A stretch of 41,318 nucleotides of DNA. It comes from Clostridium phage slur17. Below the pieces are notes generated by a model that made no database searches, was not told where the DNA came from, and saw only the letters and a program-made list of their open reading frames with translations. Positions 18,420 through 26,910 of this stretch are shown here, piece by piece; positions within the stretch are counted from its first letter, which is position 1, and each line of letters starts with the position of its first letter. A program made the translations under genes and the position numbers. Where the stretch lies: the sequence record LN881738.1; one strand, 5' to 3'.

Positions 18420-19742
18420 TTAGTCACCTCTTATAAATCTTTTTAAATATCTCTCTATTGTATATTCAAAAGCATCTAAACTATCTATATCACTTGACCC
18501 ATCATCAAGTCTTACATCCTCATTAGTTTCTTTACTATCCCAAACAGCACTACATAAAGCATTAACAAGAGTTTCACTATGCTTTGTATACTCAAACCTA
18601 CCTTGACTAATTAATAAGTCTGTAAGTCTTATCCTATCGTTAATAGCACTCTTCAAAGCATTTCTAACACTAACATTTAATTTTTCTTTTTCTACTGCAT
18701 TTTTAATGCCTCGTATTAATACCTGTTCAGCACTATCGCAATAAACATAATCAACTTTACCATACAGATTTATTACCCTTTTTATAAAGTTTATAAGTAA
18801 AGCATTCAACTCGTCTGGACTGGTATCTGCACTAGGTCTTTCACTTGCAAGAGCTATTACTTTTTTATAGTTATAAGTAATTCCAGTTGCGACAAAGGCA
18901 TGATATGATTTGTTACCCCCAAAATCCACTCCAATAATAACGTCCATAAGTGGGTCAACTGTTTCAGTCTTAAATTGCTCTTTATTATTAGCAAAGTATT
19001 CATATATAAGCCCCTCGGCTACACAGCGCTGACCTAGTATATCTCTCTTGTACCAAATACTGCCCTCGTCATATTGAGATATAATTGCCCGTTTTCTCTC
19101 GTCCGAGACTGTTATATTGTCGTGGATGGTAAAGTGCTGATAGTTATACCCACCTAGTAAAGTGCCTTCCCTATCTTTTTTCATATAAGCATCAATATAT
19201 TCTTTGTAAATTGACGAGTTGGGATTATCGGGGTTTAAATCCCAAAAAATTTTACGATTAGTTGATGCTATAATTCTATTAAAAGCCTCTTTGATAGTAT
19301 TGTCATGGTGCAGATTTATCTCTGTTGCTATCCACATGCCATATGAGTTACCCCTTATTTTCTTATAACTATCAGCCTTAGCCCCTCCGGCAAAAATAAC
19401 AATCTTTTGCTTATGCTTAGTTGAAATACCTTTTACATACAAACATTCATTGCCCTTAAATTTACCCCAATGACATTGCCCTCTGAAAATATATTCAAGT
19501 CCAAAACCATTAGCATCTCCAATGTTCAATTTTGCATTTGCACTTGTAGACCCTGTTGCTAGATGTATCTTATCTTTAGATGTCTTTATCTCATGCGCAA
19601 AGGCAAATACATTGTCAACCGTCTTACCCGCTCTTACAGCGCCTTCGGCTATATTGTATGTATTGATAGCGCACTTTTTAATATATTCTTTGTGCTTATC
19701 TCCAAATCGAAAAGGTATAGTTTTCTTCTTAGTTACTGCCAT
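18420..19742 (-). CDS. terL: Terminase large subunit (PBSX-type)
   Basis: Walker A-like EGAVRAGKT, a 440-aa length, and a C-terminal nuclease-like DSAE/D..D pattern. Overlaps terS. Confidence 0.9.
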   Translation of the reverse strand: MAVTKKKTIPFRFGDKHKEYIKKCAINTYNIAEGAVRAGKTVDNVFAFAHEIKTSKDKIHLATGSTSANAKLNIGDANGFGLEYIFRGQCHWGKFKGNECLYVKGISTKHKQKIVIFAGGAKADSYKKIRGNSYGMWIATEINLHHDNTIKEAFNRIIASTNRKIFWDLNPDNPNSSIYKEYIDAYMKKDREGTLLGGYNYQHFTIHDNITVSDERKRAIISQYDEGSIWYKRDILGQRCVAEGLIYEYFANNKEQFKTETVDPLMDVIIGVDFGGNKSYHAFVATGITYNYKKVIALASERPSADTSPDELNALLINFIKRVINLYGKVDYVYCDSAEQVLIRGIKNAVEKEKLNVSVRNALKSAINDRIRLTDLLISQGRFEYTKHSETLVNALCSAVWDSKETNEDVRLDDGSSDIDSLDAFEYTIERYLKRFIRGD

Positions 19743-20436
19743 AGATTTCTGCCTCTATCTCTTCTATATCCTCTATTTCTAAGTCATTACCAGTCAACTT
19801 ATTTGTTCTCGCTTTTATGTTTTCTATTCTGCTTTTTTGTTCTTCTGTTGCTAAATCCCAATTTTTATGAAGTAGTTCCTCATAGTCTTTTATCATTTTG
19901 GACAAAGCTTTAAATGCTGTCGCCTCTGCCTTCATAGCATTTGTAACTTTATCCCAAGAGTGTTGAATTTCATACTCTTTAATTTTATTACCATTTTTCT
20001 TAATGTCAGTTGTATGGTCTTTTTTATTTTTGACATGGGTAATCTTAAAAGAATCTAATATTTTCGCATACTGAACTACTATACTGTTCCAAAGAATGTC
20101 TAAAGAATTGCCACCATCCTTCTCGATATATTTAACAATCTCGTAAGTTCTAGCAGGCAAAAGCTTAGAGAAAAATCCATGAGTTCTAGCATTTTGATTA
20201 TTCGCTGGTGCGCCTCCTTCATGCCCTAAAGCATTTTGGTTGCCGGCTGGTGCGCCAACTTTCTTATTTATTCCAAGTCTATAATCCCATCTATCAATTT
20301 TTTTCCAACGACTAATATTGCAACTTTTTTCTTCTAACATTTTAGAGATATCAATTAATTTTATTCTCCCATTTTTCTCCTTGTAAATCTCAAACGCTTT
20401 TTCTCGATTGGAATTTTTTATTGAAATACAAATCAA
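19729..20436 (-). CDS. terS: Terminase small subunit (YjcR-like HTH type)
   Basis: NREKAFEIYKEKNGRIKLIDISKMLE..ISRWKKIDRWD together with the duplicated GAPAGNQNA / GAPANNQNA motif. The start codon is uncertain because the TTG at 20436 abuts the SD. Confidence 0.75.
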   Translation of the reverse strand: MICISIKNSNREKAFEIYKEKNGRIKLIDISKMLEEKSCNISRWKKIDRWDYRLGINKKVGAPAGNQNALGHEGGAPANNQNARTHGFFSKLLPARTYEIVKYIEKDGGNSLDILWNSIVVQYAKILDSFKITHVKNKKDHTTDIKKNGNKIKEYEIQHSWDKVTNAMKAEATAFKALSKMIKDYEELLHKNWDLATEEQKSRIENIKARTNKLTGNDLEIEDIEEIEAEIYGSN

Positions 20437-20445
20437 CTCCTTTCA

Positions 20446-20472
20446 ATAAAAAAAGACTAAGTACCTAGTCTT
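20446..20472 (-). terminator. Hairpin plus T-run between the serine recombinase gene and terS
   Basis: aagacta (20453-20459) pairs with tagtctt (20466-20472). On the minus strand it is followed by TTTTTTTATT. Confidence 0.5.
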
Positions 20473-21034
20473 CTTGTTTTCGCTTTGCTCTTTGTAATGT
20501 ACTCTTACTAATCCCTGTCATTCTCTCTACTTGCGTATAAGAATTAGTTTTTAATAACTCTAAAGCATGTTCCATTTGCATCTTAGTATATTTTTTAGGT
20601 CTACCTTCCCGGAAATTAGGATTTTGCTTTGCTATCTCCTTACCTGCAAAAGTTCGTTCTAAAATTAGATTCCTTTCCATTTCTGCAACTGCAAGCAAGG
20701 TTGTTATAAAAAACTTGCCAAGAGTAGTATTTTCTAAAAGCCCAACATTAAGCACATGAACAGAAATACCACTATCAAATAAATTTTGTATAAGATTAAT
20801 ACCTTCTGTTGCATTTCTTGCAAGTCTATCCAATTTAGTTACAACTAATTTATCACCATCACGCATTTGCTTAACCATTTCCTCAAAAATAGGTCTGTGC
20901 GTGGTTGACCCTGTATGTTGTTCCCTAAATATTTTAGCATCACTATAATGTCTTTTTATTTCCTGCTCCTGCTGTTCTAAACTATTATTATCAATTTGTA
21001 CTTTACTACTTACCCGACAATACCCAAATATCAT
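20465..21034 (-). CDS. Small serine recombinase (resolvase/invertase family)
   Basis: [13 protein letters not shown] catalytic N-terminus, [10 protein letters not shown], and a C-terminal HTH ([13 protein letters not shown]). ATG at 21034 follows AAGGGG. Confidence 0.85.
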   Translation of the reverse strand: MIFGYCRVSSKVQIDNNSLEQQEQEIKRHYSDAKIFREQHTGSTTHRPIFEEMVKQMRDGDKLVVTKLDRLARNATEGINLIQNLFDSGISVHVLNVGLLENTTLGKFFITTLLAVAEMERNLILERTFAGKEIAKQNPNFREGRPKKYTKMQMEHALELLKTNSYTQVERMTGISKSTLQRAKRKQED

Positions 21035-21498
21035 AAAAATACACCCCTTACTTTTGACCATTAGTTATGACTACCTTCTATATGTTCATTTTACTACATA
21101 ATCAAATCGTAGTCAATACCGTACAGTTATGAATACGAGTGAATTTTTTTAAATGAATCAAAAGTACTTATAAGTATTGTCATTACTCTTGCAAAAGGGC
21201 GTAATTGAATTGTTTGCCTGTGAATTTTGTAGTTTTTATTGCATCAAACTCATTCTCTATTTTTCCATGTCCTTTAAGTTTTGTCCGTATGTCCTTAAGC
21301 TTCGTCATGGCCATTTTAATGTTAAATAGCTTCTATCCCAGTATTTATAATGGCTAACGCCTATTTTAACGAATATGGGGTTTTCTTAGAGAATCAGACA
21401 TTCACTTTTTACTTTTCCTACTTTATATATAGCGAAAAAAATACATTGAATATATAAGCCTTTATTTTTCCCACATTCAAAAAGACAAAATAAAAAAA

Positions 21499-22107
21499 TC
21501 ACCCTATTAGGTCATTTAAAAACATGCTATATTCTTGATATTGTTCTTCATTAAGACCTAGATATACCTTAGTTTCTTCTATACTAGAATGTCCAAGCAT
21601 TTCCTTAACTCTTATAATATCAAATCCACTTTCTTCGTATATGGTGTAAGCGTATGTTTTACGCATGCTATGCGCTGTTATATGCTTAAGTCCAAAGTAT
21701 CTACCTGCTTCTTTCAGTATCACTGTTACTCTCTCAACGCCTATATGCGGAGTAACAGATTTTTGCCTGGATGGGAACATATATTCATAGTCCTTTTTAT
21801 CTCGTATGTAGCTTTTGAGTACTCTTTCTAAATTAGGAACTATTGGAGCTTTTCTAGGCTTTTTATTTTTCTTTCTTATGTTCTTAGTCTTTTCTTTTTT
21901 ACTCTCCATTATTAAGAAATAACCTTCGTCTATTGCATTTCTAACGTCCCTTACCTGTAGTTTAACTAAATCCCCTGCCCTGTAGCCCGTAGCCACCCCT
22001 AAGACAAATAAAACATAATTTCTAACACTCTTTTCTTTTAAGTATTCTTGTATATTTAAGACCATACGTTTGTCTTTGACTGGGTTAGCTGGTTTCTTAC
22101 TACCCAC
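21499..22107 (-). CDS. Small tyrosine recombinase (Xer-like, no arm-binding domain)
   Basis: HSMRKTYAYTIYEESGFDIIRVKEMLGHSSIEETKVYL carries the R..H..Y-type C-terminal catalytic pattern. Only 202 aa. Confidence 0.8.
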   Translation of the reverse strand: MGSKKPANPVKDKRMVLNIQEYLKEKSVRNYVLFVLGVATGYRAGDLVKLQVRDVRNAIDEGYFLIMESKKEKTKNIRKKNKKPRKAPIVPNLERVLKSYIRDKKDYEYMFPSRQKSVTPHIGVERVTVILKEAGRYFGLKHITAHSMRKTYAYTIYEESGFDIIRVKEMLGHSSIEETKVYLGLNEEQYQEYSMFLNDLIG

Positions 22108-22284
22108 TTCTATTCACCTTCTCAACCCCCTTAAAATATTAATTTGCATTATAAAAAGCCCAACATTCCTGCCAGGCTTCAAATCTATATCTATTTAATT
22201 TTAAACTTCTTGATATTAATATTATACACTATATAAACGTAAAAGAGTGTTCTAACTTTGTCTTAAAAACCGTCTTTTTTTGTT

Positions 22285-22857
22285 CTATAAAAGACTTCCA
22301 CTTTCAAAAAGCATTTCGGCAAGTTCTTTCAATGCTTCCTTGTGTTTATAATGAACATTACTGCGACTACATTTAATCTTTGAGGCAATTTCTTCATTAG
22401 AAAGTTTACTTGCGCCATCATAAAAATACATAAATTTTATAATTTGTTGCTTCTCTTCTGTAAGTTCACTTATGTAAATATCCATTAGTCTCAATCTATA
22501 TTCTATAAAATCAATTTCACTTTCTTTAAATGATATTTTATCCTCATTATTCATAATCATTTCATCTATGCCCTTCGGGCTAGAATGTATTTTAAACCCT
22601 AGTTCATTGAAATTTATCTCTCTATAAAATTCTTTATCTTTTAAAAAATCTATCTCTTTTCTTAGAATATCTACTCTTCTTTTCTTATTTCCAAGTTCAA
22701 TTAAATATTCTTTGGTTTCTTCAACTAAGCAAGAACTTACGTTTTTTTCTTTGTCTTTTTTATACTTTCTTTCGCATGATTTACAGCAAAATCCGTTTTT
22801 TGACTCTGTAAAAAATGACTTACCGCACCATGAACAAATCCTTTTCTTTTTTGCCAT
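22285..22857 (-). CDS. Putative late-gene transcriptional activator (N-terminal zinc ribbon plus sigma-70 region-4-like HTH)
   Basis: CSWCGKSF...CCKSCERKY at the N-terminus. The C-terminal LSNEEIASKIKCSRSNVHYKHKEALKELAEML resembles ArpU/RinA/sigma r4. Confidence 0.55.
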   Translation of the reverse strand: MAKKKRICSWCGKSFFTESKNGFCCKSCERKYKKDKEKNVSSCLVEETKEYLIELGNKKRRVDILRKEIDFLKDKEFYREINFNELGFKIHSSPKGIDEMIMNNEDKISFKESEIDFIEYRLRLMDIYISELTEEKQQIIKFMYFYDGASKLSNEEIASKIKCSRSNVHYKHKEALKELAEMLFESGSLL

Positions 22858-22868
22858 AAATTCACTTC

Positions 22869-23051
22869 CTATACCATCAATTTTTCTATAATTGTCTTTT
22901 TAATAATTTCAACATTTTCATATTCTTTTATCTTTTCATTTTTGCAAACTCTAGCATCTATTAAAGTGCTAAAACTTTCTTTATCCATTCTTAAAGTTCT
23001 TGAATTAAAATATATAACATTGTATTTAATATCTTTCTTCATTGCTAACAT
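22869..23051 (-). CDS. Hypothetical small protein
   Basis: 60-aa ORF in the early operon, with no recognised motif. Confidence 0.4.
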   Translation of the reverse strand: MLAMKKDIKYNVIYFNSRTLRMDKESFSTLIDARVCKNEKIKEYENVEIIKKTIIEKLMV

Positions 23052-23391
23052 CCTTTACATACCAGCCAGTTCTTGTAGGTCTTCCTCTCCGAATTACAGG
23101 GTACAAATCTTTAACATTTAAAAAATTTTCTGCTTCATCTATAGCCATTTCTTTTATTTCACCTGTTTTTGCATTTACAAGTCTTACCTTTTTACGTTCT
23201 TTTTTCTGATGCTCTCTAATTTTCAATGCACTACATGCCTTAGTAGAACTAGCCAAAACCTTTTTATTTCCATGAACTTTAACCGGTTTTATGCAACAAT
23301 ATAACGCTAAATAATTTTTAAAAGTTAGGTCATCTTCCATAAAATTCAGATTAACTGAACCACTAAAAATTTTTTCTACTTTTTTAATCAT
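23026..23391 (-). CDS. Hypothetical protein
   Basis: 121-aa basic ORF starting 12 nt after the out-of-frame SSB tail stop. Confidence 0.5.
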   Translation of the reverse strand: MIKKVEKIFSGSVNLNFMEDDLTFKNYLALYCCIKPVKVHGNKKVLASSTKACSALKIREHQKKERKKVRLVNAKTGEIKEMAIDEAENFLNVKDLYPVIRRGRPTRTGWYVKDVSNEERY

Positions 23392-23403
23392 TTAATCACC
23401 TAC

Positions 23404-23490
23404 TTAAAAAGGTATATCGTCGTCTATAGCCTGGAAACCTTGCGGGTCTAAGCCTCCCGGCTCGAACTTACATTCTTTTTCATTATCCTC
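23404..23490 (-). other. Out-of-frame SSB C-terminal tail (28 codons ending DDDIPF*)
   Basis: The +1 frame after the A7 run (T7 at 23491-23497 on the plus strand) reads EDNEKECKFEPGGLDPQGFQAIDDDIPF*. This is the canonical acidic SSB tip. Confidence 0.7.
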
Positions 23491-23809
23491 TTTTTTTATA
23501 ATCTAAAAATTTAATTTTATTAGTATGAACTTTTGTATAAGTTCTTTTCTCGCCATCTTTTTCATAAAGATTAACCCTTATAGACCCTTCAACCGCTACT
23601 AACCTACCTTTATCTAAATTATTAGCACATACTTCTGCTAACTTCCCCATCACCTCAATAGGTATGAAATCAGTTTCCTTAGTTCCATCTTTTTTAACAT
23701 AATCTCTATCTACTGCTATTGTAAAAGTAGATACAGCTGTTCCAGAACCTGGTATATATTTCAATTCGGGGTCTCTTGTTAGTCTACCAATTAGTGTAGT
23801 GTTATTCAT
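23483..23809 (-). CDS. ssb: Single-stranded DNA-binding protein, OB-fold part (ends prematurely after a poly-A tract)
   Basis: MNNTTLIGRLTRDPELKYIPGSGTAVSTFTIAVDR is a classic SSB N-terminus. ATG at 23809 follows GGGAGGT; the track TTG at 23815 is less likely. Confidence 0.85.
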   Translation of the reverse strand: MNNTTLIGRLTRDPELKYIPGSGTAVSTFTIAVDRDYVKKDGTKETDFIPIEVMGKLAEVCANNLDKGRLVAVEGSIRVNLYEKDGEKRTYTKVHTNKIKFLDYKKRG

Positions 23810-23922
23810 TTCCAACCTCCCCCCTTACAATTCTCACATTCTCTTAAATTAACTCTATATTCATATATACGACCAATAAAAAATGCAAATATAATCAAAA
23901 TTATCATTCCTAAAAAAATCAT
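23806..23922 (-). CDS. Small membrane peptide (38 aa)
   Basis: Below the track size threshold. Translation MIFLGMIILIIFAFFIGRIYEYRVNLRECENCKGGGWK. TAATG coupling upstream and ATGA coupling to ssb. Confidence 0.4.
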   Translation of the reverse strand: MIFLGMIILIIFAFFIGRIYEYRVNLRECENCKGGGWK

Positions 23923-24095
23923 TATATTTCGTCATTCCTTTCATCTACTATAATGTCAAATCCACATTTACACTTTCTATGAAATGTATACTCATCAACG
24001 ATTAAACTTCCTTCACCTTCTCCAAGTTCATCACTTCCACATTTTGGACAAAAGCAATACATTGCCGATAGTTTTAAAACATTTTTCATTTTCAT
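23922..24095 (-). CDS. Small zinc-ribbon protein (57 aa)
   Basis: GGAGGT SD 8 nt upstream. Translation MKMKNVLKLSAMYCFCPKCGSDELGEGEGSLIVDEYTFHRKCKCGFDIIVDERNDEI carries CxxC...CxC. Confidence 0.5.
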   Translation of the reverse strand: MKMKNVLKLSAMYCFCPKCGSDELGEGEGSLIVDEYTFHRKCKCGFDIIVDERNDEI

Positions 24096-24125
24096 ATTTA
24101 TATACCTCCATTCGTCATTTAAAAA

Positions 24126-24275
24126 TTATTCCATTTCGCTTAATTCATCTACGCAATTTAAGCAGAAATACAGTGTAAAAACTAAACCTAGAGCCTCTTT
24201 TTCATACTGTACATGGTTATTTTCTTCTATATTTATTGTTCTTTCACAGCAACAACACTGCACAAATTCACTCAT
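24126..24275 (-). CDS. Small Cys-rich protein (49 aa)
   Basis: GAGGTG SD. Translation MSEFVQCCCCERTINIEENNHVQYEKEALGLVFTLYFCLNCVDELSEME. Confidence 0.45.
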   Translation of the reverse strand: MSEFVQCCCCERTINIEENNHVQYEKEALGLVFTLYFCLNCVDELSEME

Positions 24276-24320
24276 ATTTAAGCACCTCATTTATTCCTAC
24301 AAGGAAATTATTCATTCAAC

Positions 24321-24632
24321 TTAACCCTTTTTTATAGGTATAGAATTAAGACATTTTTGCTTAATTCTAATGCTTTTAGTTCTGTTATAAATCGCTATCG
24401 CTTTCCTTGTTTCTTTATTTAAAATACAATCTATAAACAAGCTATATACATCTAATTCACTTTTATACTCTTTCAACTGTTCTTCTAAAATTTGAATCAA
24501 TTCTTCATTGTTACTCATAATACGCTCATAATACCTTATCTTATCGTCCCTTACTTTGTTTTCTTCTTTCAAACATTCAATATTTCTATCCACCTGCTCC
24601 TGGGAAACGATTAAGTATTTACCTATTTTCAT
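24321..24632 (-). CDS. Hypothetical coiled-coil protein
   Basis: 103-aa ORF with an ATGA overlap to the upstream small ORF. Confidence 0.55.
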   Translation of the reverse strand: MKIGKYLIVSQEQVDRNIECLKEENKVRDDKIRYYERIMSNNEELIQILEEQLKEYKSELDVYSLFIDCILNKETRKAIAIYNRTKSIRIKQKCLNSIPIKKG

Positions 24633-24793
24633 TGCCCAGCCTCCTGTTCCTTTTCCTCTCTTATTTTCTTAAGAGCTAACTCAATTAAATCTATTTTACT
24701 AAGATGAGGATTTTCTTCTTTTAATTCAAGAGCAACATTACCAACATATTCCCCACGTTCAATTGCTCCCATTTTCGTTATATCTTTATACAA
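24629..24793 (-). CDS. Hypothetical small protein (54 aa, TTG start)
   Basis: AAAGGAGTG SD 6 nt before the TTG. Translation LYKDITKMGAIERGEYVGNVALELKEENPHLSKIDLIELALKKIREEKEQEAGQ. Confidence 0.45.
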   Translation of the reverse strand: MYKDITKMGAIERGEYVGNVALELKEENPHLSKIDLIELALKKIREEKEQEAGQ

Positions 24794-24848
24794 AATAAAC
24801 ACTCCTTTTTAAAAGAGGCTGGTTATTTAGTCCAGCCTCTTCAATTTT

Positions 24849-25571
24849 TTATGCTATTATATCTATATTTTTAATACCTTCTAATTTCTTCTCTAAGTAC
24901 TCTTTTATATTTTTTATTGCTTCAAGTCTCCATGCTCCACCATCTGCTTCGATTAACTTAAATGCAATGCCCTCTTTTACTCTAAAGATAAATTCACTTT
25001 CGGGCTGGTCTACTTCCGCAAAAGTTCTGTAAGGTTTTAACTTAACTCTGTTAGGCAGGATTACATCCTCTACACTTGCTACACCTGTAGACATTGTGAC
25101 TACTTGTGATACTCCATCATCTTGCACAGTTTTTACACTTGTTTCTTTTACATTTCCGCTTACTTTTAAAAGCAGTTTCTTATCTTCTGTATCTACGAAA
25201 GAGGATTGCAACATAACGTTAAATTGCTCTGCATCAAGCGAACAATCGAAATTAACATGAGGTAATAAAGCTCTACTTTCAATGTAAATATCCCTCTTGC
25301 CACTTTCAAGTAGTTCAGAACACAATATAACACTTTTAGGGCTTTCAACTTGAACCATAAGTTTTCCACTTTTAAGCTTACTATCAATACTTGATTTTAT
25401 ATATCCTATTAAACCATCTAAAGTGCTTAGCCTAACTATTTCAGCTGGTCTAGGATGAACCTCAATCAAGGGGTCAGTCGTATACGTAACCCCATTGATT
25501 TCTCTTGTTTCTATTTTTCTTGCTCCAACTTCCATTACCCTGTTAAATAAATCTGTTAACATATTAAACAC
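24849..25571 (-). CDS. Hypothetical early protein (240 aa)
   Basis: Clean ORF in the early operon. No catalytic motif recognised. Confidence 0.6.
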   Translation of the reverse strand: MFNMLTDLFNRVMEVGARKIETREINGVTYTTDPLIEVHPRPAEIVRLSTLDGLIGYIKSSIDSKLKSGKLMVQVESPKSVILCSELLESGKRDIYIESRALLPHVNFDCSLDAEQFNVMLQSSFVDTEDKKLLLKVSGNVKETSVKTVQDDGVSQVVTMSTGVASVEDVILPNRVKLKPYRTFAEVDQPESEFIFRVKEGIAFKLIEADGGAWRLEAIKNIKEYLEKKLEGIKNIDIIA

Positions 25572-25584
25572 TCCTTTTTAGTTT

Positions 25585-25989
25585 TTATAAGTCTTTTAAA
25601 CTCTTAAATTTACGAACATTATCTTCTTCACTTTCTTTTACTTCTGTTTCTTCTGTTACACTTGTTTCTTTACTCTCCAAGTCGCCTAATTTTACTTGCC
25701 CCGGCAACTGGTTTCCATACTCATTTGCATTAACTTCTCCAGTTCTAAAATCCTTTTCAACTATAATGTCCGTTTCAGATGGTAAGACACTTGCGAGTTT
25801 TGGAATAACTTGTATTTGCGTATTAACATGAGAACGATTTTTACCTGGCTTTAGTGTAACCTTTACAGTCAAAGACCTTGTAGATGTCGCTGGTGTATTA
25901 GGGTCTTGTATGTTTTTAAATATCTCCATGAATCCATTTTCAATCTTTTCTTTTGTTTCTCCATTACACAATGTTTCTAAATTAATCAT
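25585..25989 (-). CDS. Hypothetical early protein (134 aa)
   Basis: Clean ORF with an acidic C-terminus. Confidence 0.6.
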   Translation of the reverse strand: MINLETLCNGETKEKIENGFMEIFKNIQDPNTPATSTRSLTVKVTLKPGKNRSHVNTQIQVIPKLASVLPSETDIIVEKDFRTGEVNANEYGNQLPGQVKLGDLESKETSVTEETEVKESEEDNVRKFKSLKDL

Positions 25990-26063
25990 CTTTTTAAACC
26001 CCCCTTCTTTTTATTGACGGCTTACGCTGTTACTTTTTGTTTCTTTTCAACTAAAACAGGGAA

Positions 26064-26489
26064 TTACAGTAAGTCTGTTATTTCTAGCAAACAATTTGGG
26101 CATACATCTATACTTCCTAGTTGGTCAGAAACGGATTGATTGTTGTTATAATTTTCTAAAACTGGCATTGAGGTCAATTCTTCCGAACTGTCTACGATTG
26201 CCCCGCAATTATCACAATGTATCCTCCTTTTTAGTTTTGAACCCTCTTTTGTACCTTGTTCTATCGCCTTTGAAATTTGATTACCAATACCAAATTTTAA
26301 ACAAGTTTTTTCTGCTTCTGATACAATTCTCGCTTTACTATTTTTTAAAATTTCTAAAGTTTCTATAGCATCAATTTCTGAACATTCGCCACCTATGATA
26401 ACATCCATTAAATAGCTGTCTTTTGCTCCTATTACATCTTCATATTCAATGTACTCGTCGATAGTACTACATAAAATAACTTTTATCAT
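26064..26489 (-). CDS. Hypothetical protein with a C-terminal zinc ribbon
   Basis: HCDNCG ... CPNC pair in the last 50 aa. Confidence 0.6.
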   Translation of the reverse strand: MIKVILCSTIDEYIEYEDVIGAKDSYLMDVIIGGECSEIDAIETLEILKNSKARIVSEAEKTCLKFGIGNQISKAIEQGTKEGSKLKRRIHCDNCGAIVDSSEELTSMPVLENYNNNQSVSDQLGSIDVCPNCLLEITDLL

Positions 26490-26555
26490 TTTCCAGCCTC
26501 CTTATTTATTTTTTACTTTTTTTAATTGGTTTAGCGTAGCCGTCAAAGTACGCTT

Positions 26556-26738
26556 TTAACAAATAATTTGTTCTATTTCTTTTACTGCTTCATTTAGTTT
26601 ATTAACATCTAAAATATCATTCTCAACAATGTTTTCTATTGTCTTTGCATTTAAAATACAGTCAACTATTCTTTGCTTTTCCTCACTCATATCTAAGTAC
26701 AAAATTGCATTTCTTAAAATTCTTTCTTCTCTAGTCAT
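26556..26738 (-). CDS. First gene of the early operon (hypothetical, 60 aa)
   Basis: Divergent from the repressor gene. No obvious HTH. Confidence 0.5.
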   Translation of the reverse strand: MTREERILRNAILYLDMSEEKQRIVDCILNAKTIENIVENDILDVNKLNEAVKEIEQIIC

Positions 26739-26776
26739 AGAAACAACCTCCTGACTCCTATTGCGAATATATTTAT

Positions 26777-26805
26777 ATTATAGTGCGTAATAAGGGGCAA
26801 GTCAA
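26777..26805 (-). promoter_or_regulatory. Early (lytic) promoter, TTGACT-17-TATAAT
   Basis: On the minus strand the -35 is the reverse complement of 26800-26805 and the -10 is the reverse complement of 26777-26782, with an exact 17-nt spacer. Confidence 0.6.
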
Positions 26806-26858
26806 TAACTTTTACTAATTTATTTTCGCAAGACTACGCCCCAATGCGTTTTTTTGCG

Positions 26859-26887
26859 TTGACTTACGGGCAACTTTACTGTAAAAT
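26859..26887 (+). promoter_or_regulatory. Repressor promoter, TTGACT-17-TAAAAT
   Basis: -35 at 26859-26864 and -10 at 26882-26887. It is back-to-back with the early promoter. TTGCGAA (26761-26767) and TTCGCAA (26825-26831) form an inverted repeat nearby. Confidence 0.6.
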
Positions 26888-26910
26888 TAAGCTATGAAAG
26901 GAGTTTTAAA

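Noticed and set aside
17020-19913. Plus-strand ORFs within the portal, terL and terS genes (17020-17268, 17467-17850, 19522-19782, 19563-19913)
   Set aside because: They are antisense to conserved packaging genes, and their translations are low-complexity.
20465-21034. Gin/Cin-style invertase switching of alternative tail-fibre C-termini
   Set aside because: The only long repeat linking fibre sequences (29-127 and 41192-41290) is direct, not inverted. It also lies about 20 kb from the recombinase gene. No inverted crossover sites flank any fibre segment in the window.
23984-24178. 64-aa plus-strand ORF
   Set aside because: The opposite strand holds two SD-preceded, translationally coupled Cys-rich small ORFs that fit the operon direction. 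The plus-strand product is His/Leu-rich and has no RBS.
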